Positions 34,601 to 47,199 of a stretch of DNA of 64,000 bases are shown piece by piece. The stretch lies in NCBI GenBank assembly GCA_001179505.1, contig CDMY01000982.1, positions 62,001 through 126,000 of the forward strand, given 5' to 3'. The notes below the pieces were generated by a model. It was given only the letters and a program-made list of their open reading frames with translations, did no database searches and was not told the origin of the DNA. The first letter of the stretch is position 1, and every line of letters begins with the position of its first letter. Made by a program: the position numbers and the translations under genes. The DNA is from Vitrella brassicaformis CCMP3155. Its lineage: Eukaryota > Protista > Chromerida.

Positions 34601-35590
34601 TTATGTGGCCAGCCGCCCAGGAGCTGAGCGACGAGGAGGGCGATGATGGTGAGCGGGCACCCGAGGCCACCCAGCCACCACCCCTACCACCGACAGCAGC
34701 AGCAGCCGCAGACGCCCCGCTCTCCACGCCCCACACCCACATCAGCGGCACCCAGCCGCTCGTCGTCAGCCCCGCCCCGTCCACACAGCCCTCCTCACAC
34801 CCCCTCCCGCCCGCGAAGCCGACCTCACCGCCCCCGGCACTCCCTCAGGATGTCATCGGTGGCCTCTACACCCGCACCAACTTCTTCCACAAGGACACCA
34901 CGAGCGGCAGATTGGTCTCGGTGAGGACCGAGCTCGTCAGGCCCCCGGTGATGATGCCGGTGCTGCGTCGCATGGATCCGGCGACGAGCCGTCTGAGAGG
35001 CTGTCATCAGGTCAGTTCCTGTGTGTGTGTGTGTGTGTGTGCATGTGTCTTTGACCGATGCCCACTCACGTGTGTCTGTTTGTTTCCGTGCAGCTGAGGA
35101 GGCGTTGAGACATGGGTGGTCCCCCACCGAAGAAGAGACAGCAGGTACGCATTCGCATCCGTGTGTGTGTGTCACGAAAGGTCGCAGTCGGGTCAGTTCC
35201 GTGTGTGTGCATCGGTCAGAAAAGCTTCCCATCGCTGCCTCCATTTTATATTTGACTGACCCCTATATCCACGACCTGCGGCACTCATATGTGAGTATGT
35301 GGCTATGCGTGGTCGACGTTGTCGACGTGGAGATCTCACGAAGCCCGTAGCAGTGAATGAGAGGGTCTGTCTGGTGTGAGCCCTGCCGCCATCGACCTGG
35401 CCAAGCAGCTCCCCAAGCTCGACCCGTCCGAGAGCCTGCCGTCAGGTCAGCTCCGTGTATGTGTGTGTGTGTGTGTGTATGCGTCTTTGACCGATGCCCA
35501 CTCATGTGTGTCTTTCTGTCTGTTTACGTGCCTGCAGCCGAGGCCGCGTTGAGGCATCCATGGTTCGCCACCGAGGAGGAGGGGGCAGGT
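31685..35590 (+). pseudogene. Tandemly duplicated, probably decayed Ser/Thr kinase locus (two kinase copies, triplicated subdomain XI exon)
   Basis: Copy 1: CIVK..HLNIVKLY..AMERLDG..HRDIK|PDN..LLDFD..GTRPYM|APE..KSDLWAAGVIL. Copy 2 (33402-34390) starts mid-domain. Out-of-frame junction at 33401/33402; +1 frameshift giving TGA at 34377. The (A)EAALRHPWF exon occurs at ~34480, ~35093 and ~35537. Confidence 0.75.
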
Positions 35591-35924
35591 GCGCACACAC
35601 AGCTGTGTGTATGTGTGTATAATCACCCTGACGAAAGGTCGCAGCTCGGGTGAGTTTTGTGAGTGTACCGGTCAGAAAAGCTCCCCAATCGCTGCCTTCA
35701 TTTTATATTTGACTGAATCCTATATCCACGACTTGCGGCGCACACGTATGTGAGTGCCTGGTCAGTCATCAGCGTCGAGGTGAGCAAGGGTGGGAAGAGG
35801 GACAAGGGAAGGAGGCGCGATCTGTGTACCGGCAGCAGTAGCAGCAGTGAGAAAGAACCCAACGTCTGCTGCTATCGATGGTGTTGGGTGCGTGTTGTGT
35901 TGTGTTGCCTGCCCTCTTCATCAG

Positions 35925-37130
35925 GTGACTCAGAGTGCCACTGTCGAGGAGCGACGGCCCCCCACCACACATGAGGGAGACGAGGAGACCGTCCTCACAC
36001 TGCCGGAGCGCGTCCTCACGGCAGAGCGAGAATCCGAGCAGCGAGAGACGGCTTTGGCGAAGCTCCTGTCCGTCATCGACGAGTATCCGGACCACATAGC
36101 TCCATACGACAGGCAAAGGGTCAAGGTGCGAACTGGGGAGGGAGGGAGCGAGGGATTGATGTCAGAAATGTTTGCTGATTGTGTGTGTGTATGTGGCTGC
36201 AGGAAGCGTTGGGTGCGGAGGGCATCCACATCCGCCCTGGAACGCCGTCTGACTACCCGTCCAGCCAGCCGTCGTTGGACAATCGCTGCGTACATTTTAT
36301 ATCGTGTCGTGATGTGATGATTAACATACAGACGGGGTACATACTGGCAAGGTTCACTCAATTGAGAGACACGCGCGGTATGTGTGTTCAGGTGGACGAC
36401 CCAATGGGGGAGGAGCGTCGACACCAACAGAAGGCCATTTGGTCCTTCAACGAGATCGACGTCTTCGAGGCCACACTGGGGACACACCCCATTCAACAGG
36501 TGCTGCCCGCCAACCCCAGGTTTCAACGACTTTCAGAGGCCATAGGAACCAAGACCACAGACGAATGCATAGTGAGTGCACACCACAGGATAGCACAACA
36601 CGACACAGACACACACCCCATCTCTCTCATCTCTCTCACGGGTATGCTTTGTGTGGGCTGTGCCGACAGGAATTCTACTACACGTTCAAACACGGCCTGT
36701 CTTTCAAGGACATCGAAGGCGCCAACCGAAAAAGAAAGACCCGGATACGAAAGGTAAGTTGGAGAGGGAGGAGAAGAGCGACAGGCATGTGGCGTGTGAC
36801 TTTCTCTGTGTCAGATAAAAGACAAGGTCGACAAGCTGGCCACGTCGCTGGGGGTTGAGCCGCCACAGCCCCGCAGCGGCCATGTAAGCAAGCAACACAC
36901 CCTTACTTTTTATGTATCCATGTATCTATTCCCCTGTCAGCAGCTGAGAGGGAGACCGCTGTCGGTCTCCTTTTGTCCAAGTTCCCGGGCCTGACAGCTG
37001 CTCCCCTTCTGTCAGCCGTCCTGACTGAAGCCCGAGAGGAGGGCGCATCAGTCGCCAGTGCGATTTCACTGGCGGGTCGAGACCTGCACTTACTCACGCT
37101 GTGGGCAAGCGGGGGGGTCACTGAGGGTGG
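35925..37130 (+). CDS. SANT/Myb-like domain exons followed by a possible CUE-like segment; gene boundaries unresolved
   Basis: KAIWSFNEIDVFEATLGTH..FQRLSEAIGTKTTDECI|EFYYTFKH fits the SANT pattern (W..E...F...L..H....I.TKT..ECV.FYY). LLSKFPGLTAAPLLSAVL..VASAISL is weakly CUE-like. Confidence 0.6.
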
Positions 37131-37236
37131 CGTCGGTCACCGGCCGCCCCTCAAATCCCCACCGGCAGAGACGACCACGCCATGTGTCTGGCCCATATGA
37201 AAGCCTTCGAGACGGGCCATGTCTCCGTCTACTTGC

Positions 37237-37410
37237 CATTGCGAGTCGGAGCCATCAGGCTTCTGCTACATCAACGTACGTACGCCGAGACAATTACCTA
37301 ATGTGTGGTATGGTATGTGTGGATTGTTAACGACATTGTGTTGGCCATCTTAGGGCTTCTCAAGTACCCCTCCCGCGGAATGTATGTGGACATCGACATT
37401 CATCACGGTT
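37237..37410 (+). pseudogene. Class I (Rpd3/HDAC1-like) histone deacetylase relic
   Basis: HCESEPSGFCYIN (37237-37275) and [28 protein letters not shown] (37327-37410) correspond to HDAC1-type [40 protein letters not shown]. No AG acceptor precedes the second block, and the rest of the domain is missing. Confidence 0.75.
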
Positions 37411-38681
37411 GGCGACCCTCCTCCCGAGCTGGAGGCTCTTCTGGTTCTCATCGAAGGCAGAGGCCGAGCTGGAATCGCTGCGAGACTATCAGCAGCAGCT
37501 TTCGCAGATTCTGGGGAGGGATGGGCTGCGGGTGCAGCGACTGAACGACATCGTGCAGGTGCGTGCGTGGGTGGGAGGTTGGCTGCATGCAGACGGATGC
37601 ATGTGTGTTTGTGCATTCCTGTCCTCAGAATTGGGTTGCTACGCTCGAGGGGGGCATCGATGGGGAACCGACGGGTGGGTCCAATGCACGTGTGTGCCTT
37701 CCACACCGACACTCACTTGCTTCGTTTGTCCACAGGCGGCGAGGGGCAGGATGAGGCCGGCACACACCCAGAGCAAGACAAACGCGGACTCGTGTGCGTG
37801 CAATTGTCGGTTTCTGTGTGTTCCCTTGGTCTGGGTGGGTGGGTGGGTGGTTGTGTGAGGGTCTGTCTGCCTAGCTGCTTTGTCTTGCGTGTTGGTGGGG
37901 CGATGGCAGGCCAAGACAAGAAGGCGAGGGTGTTTTGTGGCGAGGGGTGAGTGGCTTGTGACGGGTGGGAATAGTGGTGTCGGATGTATTGGGAGGGCCG
38001 CATTTCGATCGATGGGGATGGGGCGCGGCCGGGGTTAGGCAGGGCATTTCTCGATTTTGCCTGGGGCAGGCGCGCACTCACATGAATACGCATTTGTGTT
38101 GTGCAGTGCAGGAAGGGCAAGATAAGATGGTGGGGGGGCTTGCAGGGATGTTTCTGTCGTGAGTCCGCTTGTGTGCATGGCTTTCTCTGGGCGGGCGGGT
38201 GGGCGGTTGTGTGTGTATGGGGTACCGGGGAGGTACCGGTCGTTCGTTCGAGGGCGGGCGGGTGAGCCTTCTTTGTCTTTTGTCTTGGCCGTGATGGGTG
38301 CTCAAGGTAAGCAAGCGATCAGGGGGGTGAGGCAGGGGCTTTTTGCCACTATGGCTGGCCGGCGGGGAGCTGTTATCGTTGCCTACATTTTATATCGTGG
38401 TCGTTCGTTTCTGCCAGAGACACGTACGTGTATGGAAGGGACGGACTCAAATACATCTCCATACACGTGGGTTACTGTTCATGAACAGAGGACTCTTGGA
38501 TGGACAGAAGCTTGCCTAGATTGTCTTGTGTAATCGAATGCCTTTAAAGCCACAGAGACGACAAAAAGCACTCAGCAGTCAGGAAGCCACACAGTCGAAC
38601 ATGGATGCAGCACACACAGAGAAGAACAAGCCACGCCTTCTTTTCCCCGGCCTAGGTGTATCGCATCATAGGTGTATCGCA

Positions 38682-41600
38682 TCAATCCATCCGCTCAGCG
38701 CCCCGTCTGCACTGCCCCACCAGGCGCATCACCTCAATCTCGTCAGCACGAAAAAGTATCGGGTCTGTCAGAGACCCCAATACCACTCGCACCGGGCATC
38801 CTCCGGCCGCCAACCCTGGGCCATCCGCCCACAGCCACAGCCGGACGTCCACCCCCGGTGCCACTGGCCGGCCGATGGCAAATTTGGGACTCCCATGCCG
38901 ATGCTCGTTGCCTGCTTGCGCAACGTGAAGCCTATGGGATGCGGGAGGCGACTGCAGGGTGGGCGGTGCGACGCCCGATGTGCTGAAGATGAGGGCGTCC
39001 ACCGAATAGGTGCTGAAGGAATATTCGGGCGGTCGCAGGCTGTCGTCGATGAAGCAGCCGTACGTGTCTCCATTGGTCCGCACAAGAAACAGGAGACAGC
39101 TCCCATCGCCGACGCGATTGAGCATGTCGGTGTACTGGTGTCCATGTTCAGTCGCCCTGCAACCACACAAGTGCATCTTAGCAACAGTGAGTCAGTGTCT
39201 CCATTACTTGTAGAGAAGCTCGATGCCTGTGATGTGTTTGCCCGTCATCCGCAGTATGGCCATCAGCTGGCTGGCAGAGGCGATCACAGAGGGGCTGGGG
39301 ATGCACGGCGAGCTGCCTTGCAGCCGCATCATGGGCTCCATCCCCAGGCCATATCGCTGCATCGCCACTATGACTAACCTCCTGAGACGACCGCGTGCAT
39401 ATGGGGGGTCCATCGCGCGCGTGTATGGGGGGTCGATCACACTCATGGGCGGCGCAGCCCTCATTCGGCCGACAAAGTCGCTCGCGAGAGCCTCGGCTGC
39501 AATGTTGGCGTCAAGTGAGGGGAGGTAGTGATGGAGCATCGAAGAGATCCGCTGCGAAGTCATTCGCGTCTGTCGTCTTTGGTCCGGGACCTCTGCTTGC
39601 TGCAGTGCCCTGAGCGTGTCGGCGGCCGATGAATGGGCAAACACGGCTTTACGCATCTGAGAAGACAGAGAGAGCACATACAAGCGTCCTGGGTGGACCG
39701 ATGTGAATCTTTGCCTACCGTCTGTATGGCGTCCGCTGTCAGAACAATTCGGCTGTCTCCGTGTCCTATGATGCCGGGGACCTGACCAGGGCCAAAGCGG
39801 CGCCGCACGGCTTCGCTGAAGGCATCCAGATGGGTGGCTTGTGGTGGGACGACCGTCAGGGCCGTGATAGAATCGATTTCGAGCAGCGACCAAATGCTTG
39901 ACAGAATGAAGGTCCCTGGATCGACGACATTGGCAGGTGGCACTGGAGCAAGTGAGACACCAGGACACCACACAAAGCCGTCAGGAGGAGAGGCGAAAAC
40001 TCCATGTGTCCCTCCGCCACTTACCATCAAGATGGATGATCAAAGTTCGTATTTGGGGCAGCCGCTCCTTATGATCGCCCAGTGTGATGCCCTTCCTTTC
40101 GTCCTCGGCCTTGACGAAAAAGCGCTGATCTTCGGACACGAAGCCGAGCGTCAAAGTGTTGAAACCGGCACGAATGCCAGTGTCCGAACGCCGAGTGCCC
40201 ATATAAGAATCGTGGGCTCCGTCGACGAGAACGCTGCGGACCTCTGCCTCTCTCCCGCACATGATGAACGACTCCAGTGATGGCATGTGCTGTCTCAATG
40301 CCGCTGCCACCCACATCGCGACCTCTCCGCCAACTATCAGGGCCTTGACCTTCTGGAAGTTGGCTGTGGTAGTCATTCTTGAGATGTGGTGGATTCTCGA
40401 TTCATCATGCGTGTGTCGCAGGCCCTCAATCCTCAGGTTCTTGGGCATTTGTCGTGTGCCCATGCCTTCTAGGACGCGTATCACGTCGGTCGCGGTCATG
40501 TGGAAGAGCTGCATCTTCTCCAGATGCAGCCCCTTGTTCAGCAGCGCCTTGACAGCGCCCAGCCCGATGTAAGTCTTCACCGTCAGAGTGCTGACGCCCA
40601 GAAGACCGTCGGCCTTGAAGGCTTGAATCTGGGGGGGCTCAGGTGGAGCGGCATCGACGGGTGGCACCCATCCGTCAGCAAGACGAACTTCGATGGACGT
40701 TCTGCGTCCCCTGCCGATCACCAGCTTGTTGACCGTGCTGTCGTCAATAGCGTGCCATGACCGGTCCAGCAGCTGGTCGGGAGTGACCGTCCACACATAG
40801 TGGTACTGCGCGGGTGCTGTGCCGATGAAGCTGTCGATAGAGGGACAGTCCGGGTGTGTCGGCTGCGGCGCCATCTGCACGTTGTAGAGCTTCAGGAGGG
40901 CACCGAGAAGTTGCGGACCGCTGCTCGGCAGCTTGCCGAACTGGGTGTGGGCGAGCAGATGGGTGAGGGGGATGTGTTGGGCCTCTTCGGCCGAGAGGCG
41001 CGCCTCACAGAGCACTTTGCCCGATGCCGAGCAGGTCTTGTCGATGAACGAGGCCAGCGCCATGAGTGTCGGGTACTCGCTGAGCAGCAGGGAATGGCAG
41101 TCGCGGCAATCCACCTTGAGTTCCAGGAAATCAAGAGACTTTGAGCAGCCACGATCCACCAAACACCTCTGGAAGCGAGACACAATCGGGCTGTGATCCA
41201 TTACTTCCGCCGCCCTGTTCCCTCCTGTTTTGCGTCACCTGCAGCTGTCGGAGGCCATCTTCGATGTTGATCGATTCGATCTCGTAAAGCTTGATGTAGC
41301 CAATCCTCCGCAGATTCGCGAGAGGCCCCGGTCTTCCCCGCTGCCCCATCGGGATGGATCCAATCAGCTCAGCCAGCTCCGACGATGCCATTTCATCGAC
41401 CTCCAGCTCCACCAGGGACTTGCTTGTGGCGATGAATGGCCTCATGTCCGCCACGGTGGATGATGGAACGCGTGCAGACACGCGCTGGAGAGTCGGCATG
41501 CTCCAGCCCCGCCCGTCGATCACGGCGTGGCCGCCAGAAACGCCTTTGACGTTGGTGAGGGCCGGGAGGGTGATGGATTGGGAAGGGGTGGTCGGAAGAG

Positions 41601-42332
41601 GGAGAGCGATGGTGTTGTTGAGGTGCCGGATCCCTTGTACTCCAACAATCGGTGGAATAGTCGGCACGGCCTCGAAGGTTAGAGACTGGAGAGAGCCCTC
41701 CATCATGGCGGTCCCTAGCCCCTCTTTCTCGCGGACCGATCGGCGCCCAGCTGCGTGTCCCTCCAGGAGTCCGATGACGATCCCAAGGCACCAGCGTGGT
41801 GCAACATGATTCTCAGGTGTGCAAGGGAAGCGGTGGATGAGACACTTGAGGTTGACCATCTGTTGGCCGAGGTCGTATGCCGTACGCACCGTCATGCTGC
41901 TCCAGAATATCCGCTGGCGTGGGTTGCTGCTGTCGATGACGAGCTCGGTGTGGTGCCGGAGCACGATGGCGCTGGAGAGAGAGGAAAGGGGCGGTTTGAG
42001 GCACCACACGGGATGGATGAACGCGTACACGCCAACGTGAAGCTCACGAGGCTGCACAGACAATGGCAGATGAACGGAGAGCATCCTATCTGTGTGAGCC
42101 CCTTCTAACCATGGGAAGACCGGACCATCCCTGCATCCGAATGGCCTGTAATGGAAGAAAGGCGAGAGAAATAGGTGTTCGGATGCATGTGTGGCTTGCT
42201 TGGTGTTAGTCTTACCCTGAAGATGGAAGCAGTGCCCTCGTCGTCCGCTGTGCTGCCACGCTTGCGGTCTCGAGAGGGGGGTGGTGCAGGGGGACACTCA
42301 CGCGCAGCACGTTGGTTCGCCATGGGCATCAT
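38682..42332 (-). CDS. Lineage-expanded orphan-family protein (large exons) with C-terminal TLDc domain
   Basis: Long exons 41250-42055 and 39990-41185 (..WCLGIVIGLLEGHAAGRRSVREK..GSLQSLTF; VDRGCSKSL..IPLTHLLAH). The C-terminus IELLYK|ATEHGHQYTDMLNRVGDGSCLLFLVR..YGCFID..ADEIEV is TLDc-like. Confidence 0.7.
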
Positions 42333-42725
42333 GATGGTTGCTCAATCCGCAACGGGCTAGTTCGCGTTGCTTCGCAGATGCTCGCGCCTTCGCGAGGGAC
42401 AGATCTGCAGATCTTCCAGATCTGAGAATGGGGGCGAATTGGGGCCGTTGCTGTCTTTTTGGTTAGCTGGATGTGTCGGATGGCCAAGATCTGTGAGTTT
42501 GACGTGCTTCACTCCGCTCACACGTCCATCGAGTATTGATCAAAGTCTGCCAAGAATGAGATCGCAAAAGCCTGCTGGCTGATCTTATGCGGAAGAGTCA
42601 AGGCAGCTGACAGCGATACATATTTGAAGACTCGACCATGATTCATCCATCTCGATCGGCGACTGGCTGGGCGTGCTGGGTGGACAGCATGGAAGCAATC
42701 CGCCTGTTTTTCTCATCACTTTCAG

Positions 42726-44985
42726 TCAGTCCCAGCCATGCACATCATGGCCGAACATGTCCTGTCTGTGCTGCAGAAATGCCGCTATTTCCCTCGAAAA
42801 CCCCGACTCGTCAACACTCATGCCCTCTCCTTCCTCCCGCACACCAACCGCAACAGCCTCCCCGCCCTTGTCCGTCTCTCTGCCCTTCATGTGTTTCGCC
42901 TTTTTGCTGCGCCTCTTGCCTTCCATCGGCTGCTGCTGGTGAGCATTCGCCTCACGCTTGACACGCACATTCCTCTTAGAGCCGCCCTCTTCTCTCTTCA
43001 CCCGAGCCCTCTTGCCCTCTTCGTTCCTGACCTCCTGCCTCGTTGGCGCTGCTTTCTCTTCCTCCTTCCCTTCACCTTCTTCATCGCTCTCTTTGTCGAA
43101 GAACACATGCTCACGGGCCTTGGCTGCTGCCGGCGGTTCGTCTTTGTGTTGGTGCATGGCCTTGCCGAGGCCAGGGGAGATCGGCCGTGAACACGATGCC
43201 TCGACGGGGGCACCGGAGCTGCCGGTGTCTGGGTCATCGATCGATGAGGGGCGGAGGGCAGTCCTCTTGGCCTTGCTGAGCTGCTGGGGCGTTGCGGGTG
43301 GGCCGTTGACGGCTGGCGGCATGCGATCATCTTCATCCTCATCCGTAAACATCTTGTGGTGTGGCTCCTCCTCTTTCTTGACTTGCAGCCTTTCTGGCAC
43401 GTGACGCTTGGCTGCCTTAGCGGGCGGTGGTTCGTTATGCAGGGCGGCTGGAGCTTGAGCGGTCTGTCGCTGCCGCTTCTTGCCCTTCTTGCTGAGCTGT
43501 GCCGTGCTGATGGCCTTTTGGATGGGCTTGCTGTTGAGAATCTTCAGCCTGGAGGCCATGCGCGGGAGGAAGTCATGAAAGGCCTGCATTCGTGCATGGA
43601 GCGAGACGACAGGTGTGTGGTGGGGCGAGCACAGGGCTGTGATGTGGGTGATCTGTTCTGACCTGTTGCTTTGCGACGTCGTCGTAGAATGGGTTGCCGG
43701 CCACGTTGAGGTTCGTCAGGTGGCGAAGAACAGACATCGCCTCTAGAGACCTGCACAAACACATAGGTACACGCACACACACACACACACACACATGACT
43801 ACACATACACGCACCGCCTTGGCGATCCTGAGCGCGACTTCTCACTCACTCGAGCTTAGGTATTGCGTTCTTGCCCACATCGAGGATGGACAGACGGGCC
43901 ATGAACTTGACTGATTCGGGAATCTGACCAGTACACACACATTCCATCCATCCATCCATCGCTGTTGTTTTGCTGACAGCTCTCGCCTACCATTGTGAGT
44001 TTGTTGCCATTGAGTCGCAGCTCGGTCAGCTGGCCGAACTTGTCACCGAACGGGAAGGCCTGCCAACCATTTGACATGGCAACATCAGGCAGGAATATGT
44101 GTCAACGATAGAAGGCAGGCAACGATTGACCGTGTGTCTGATATCTGTCTGTCTGGCTTGGTGAGCTGGTTACCTTGAGTCTGTTGTGGGAGAGCGACAG
44201 TTTGGTGAGGTTCTCGAAGGGCCTCTTGGGCACGGGGAACTCCTCGATCAAGTTGTGGGAGAGAACTGCACACACGCACGCAGGAATCACAGACATGTGT
44301 CAGTCAAGAGATTTGTGTGGCCTGGCCTTTCCACACAACGGCACTCACTCAGCGTCTCGAGCTTCTTGAGCTTCGCCAGGCCACCAACCTTCACTGATGC
44401 ATTGAAAACACCACACACAGACAGCAAGGAAGTCGTCTCGTGCTTGCTGCCCTCAAAAGTGTGGGCTCACCGATCTGGTTGTTATCCAGCACAAGAGCCT
44501 TGAGCGAAGACAGCCCGTCGAGATGTTCCATGACGCGGATCTGGCAACCACATCCACACACCCATACACGCAGCAGAGGGATGGATAGAGAAACGTTGAG
44601 CCACGCCTCTCCTTGTCCATCATTGCACTCACCTGGTTGTGACTGAGCTTGAGGACAGCGAGACTGCTGAGTTCCTTGAGGTGGTCGATGGTGCTGATGA
44701 GATTTTTGCTGACGTCTAGCCAGCACAGCTCCAGGTTCATCTGGAACGGCTCCAGAGAGGTGAGCCGGTTGCCGGGCATCTCCAGCTTCTTGAGCGCCTT
44801 GCATGATGACAGATCCTCGCACTCCTCGATGCCCTTGTCACGCAGATCCACCTCGGACACCTGCATAAGCCACATCAAGCGATGCGTTGCCCATGTGTTC
44901 ATTGGTGGTGGTGGCCGACTCTCACCGCACTGATGTCGCCATCCGGGATGAGTCCGCTCAGCTCCGTCAGTGTCAGGCGCTTCAT
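42726..44985 (-). CDS. SDS22-like leucine-rich repeat protein with charged low-complexity tail
   Basis: LKKLEMPGNRLTSL, LCWLDVSKNLISTI, LAVLKLSHNQI, LKALVLDNNQI, LTKLSLSHNRLK, LTELRLNGNKL and the LRR cap LTNLNVAGNPF..LPR..LKILN; Lys/Glu/Arg-rich C-terminus. Confidence 0.85.
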
Positions 44986-45560
44986 TCGTCCTCAATCGCC
45001 CGACCGGGGATCATGCGGGCTTTTTCGTTCAGAGCATGAGCAGTGTGGTGTGGTGTGAGAGTGGTTTGTGTGCCATGTGAGAAGGTTTCACTCCTCCATC
45101 ATGCAAGCAGTCACAGAGCCATAGAGCCATGCATGCAGCGGCCGAGTCATCGGGTCAAAACCCGAACCCCACAGCCAGCCAGCCACAGACACAGACACAT
45201 TGTATCAACGCAGAGAGAGAGAGAGAGAGGGAGAGAGGGAGTGCAGAGAGGCTGGATGGCGCAACGCAGACAGGTCGCCCACCTACAGCCATTGGGTAAC
45301 GTCAGCAGCTGGTTTCTCTACAGAGTGGGCGACATACGATCTCCCTCTATCACAGACAGCCAGAAGTCAATTCGGGCAGCCAGCAGCCAAGACAAACACA
45401 CACACATGGACACCCATACAGACAGAAGATTCGAACACACTGTGGTGTGTGTGAGTACCTGTGGTGTTCTTGTATTGAGCTGGGTTGATCACTCACACAT
45501 CAATCAAATAAACACCACGCTGATCCATTGTCACCTGTCAATCAAATAAACACGCACGCC

Positions 45561-47199
45561 CTATGTGATGCGGATGGACGTGAGGGTGTCTGGTGAGCTG
45601 TGCGTGTCTGCTTTCTTTCCTTCCATATCGATGAGCTGTGCACCTCCGCCGTCGTCATCCACATCGTCACTCTCATCGCCACCATCACCGTCTGCACCAC
45701 ACACAGACAAGGCCCGTCCTGTGTCCAGCCATCCACCCACCAATTTGCCTCCCTCTGTCCGTATTTACCATCATCACCGTCATCCCCCTCCTCCTCTGGT
45801 GGCTCGAATTGCTGTACTTGGGCGTCGAAGACGACTACTCGGCCGTCGAAAACGACTGCAGGTCCTCGCCCCAGCGCCTCACTGCCAAGCTGAGTGGTCA
45901 AGGGGAAGCGGTCCTTGAAGGCACCGCTCGCACACACAGGTGCCTCGGTCGTCTCGACGGCAACACTCACTGCGGACAGTCAGAAAGACCAAACACATGA
46001 GATTTGACCACCAGACTGCCTGTCTGTTGGCCTAACCGCTTCCGTCCCCAAAATCCGAAGAAATGATAGTCCACGCGACGAAGGTGTGACTGCTGTTGGT
46101 CAGCACCAGCGCTCGCTCATCACCGATGTCACCTTTACGGCTGAGTGTGCTGGTGCATCCGGCCACCAGTGTGTGGGGCGACTGGGTGAGGAGGCCATCC
46201 AGACGGCCGCCATCACCACGCCTGAACCAACCACAGACACACACACAATCACACGCACACCTCTCTCGCCACTGGTGCAATTGATCTGTTACCTGTTGAG
46301 GGATCTCCCTGTGCTATTGGTCTGGTGAGTCTTGTCAAAGCGCTCGAGGATCATGTACTTGGCGAATGACGACAACGACGCATAGTCGTGTGGGAGACCG
46401 TCCGATACCCATCTGCCGTCCCAGTAGCGGATGCGGCTATGCACTGGTGGGTCATGCTGCTGTCGGTGCTGCTGATACAGATGGCCACCGGGGAGGGTGG
46501 GCGGGCTGACGAACAGTCGGAAGCCGGGGAGGGGCGGGTTGACGATCAGTCGGAAGCCGGGCTTGTCCTTGATGGCCCGCACCTCACCATTGCCATAGGG
46601 GAAGATCTGCAGGCGGCTGCCACCGAAGTCCACGTGGCGGCCGACCACCATGAGCTGCGCCAACACACGGGGGAACGACAGGTACGCCTACACACGACAG
46701 ACAGACCAGACAGACAGACAGGCAGGCAGACAGAAACAGAGGGAATGGGGCCTCTCTGTTCTCTGCCCGCCCCTCTGTGTGGGTGCCTAACCGTCTTGTT
46801 GGGATGTGTGTTGATGTCATCTGTCGTAAGGATGACGGGCAGCGTGCAGTAGCCGCACTGTCCCCCCAGCTTAATCACCTCGCCCATCTCCACCCAGTTC
46901 CCCTCCTCCATCACACACACAGCCGCCAGCAGATCGTGTGTGCCGAACTGGTCATCGTCGAACCGCACCAGCAGCAGTTGCTGTCCGTTGACCACCCGCC
47001 GCAGCCCCGCCTGTGAGCCGACAGAGTGGCGGAGGCGATCTCTCAGCTGAGGCGCTTTGAAGAGCTCTCTGAGCGATGTGCAGGTGCCTCTCAGCCGCAG
47101 TATGTCTGTCAGGCTGAGCAGATAGAAGGTGCGACGACCAACCAAGATGTACGAGAAGGGATGCTGCCGTTGCTGATGCTGCTGATCCGGTTGCATCAT
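45561..47199 (-). CDS. Lineage-expanded orphan-family protein with F-box-like N-terminal motif
   Basis: MMQPDQQ..FYLLSLTDILRLRGTCTSLRELF..HDPPVHSRIRYW..YASLSSFAKYMIL..VAVETTEAPV..FKDRFPLT; consistent GT-AG splicing to TAG at 45561. Confidence 0.7.

Noticed and set aside
36960-37110. GASVASAISL..LWASGG as part of the HDAC relic (cf. GGSVASAV..NWAGG)
   Set aside because: Similarity is weak and the same stretch fits a CUE-like pattern equally well; it was not counted as HDAC.
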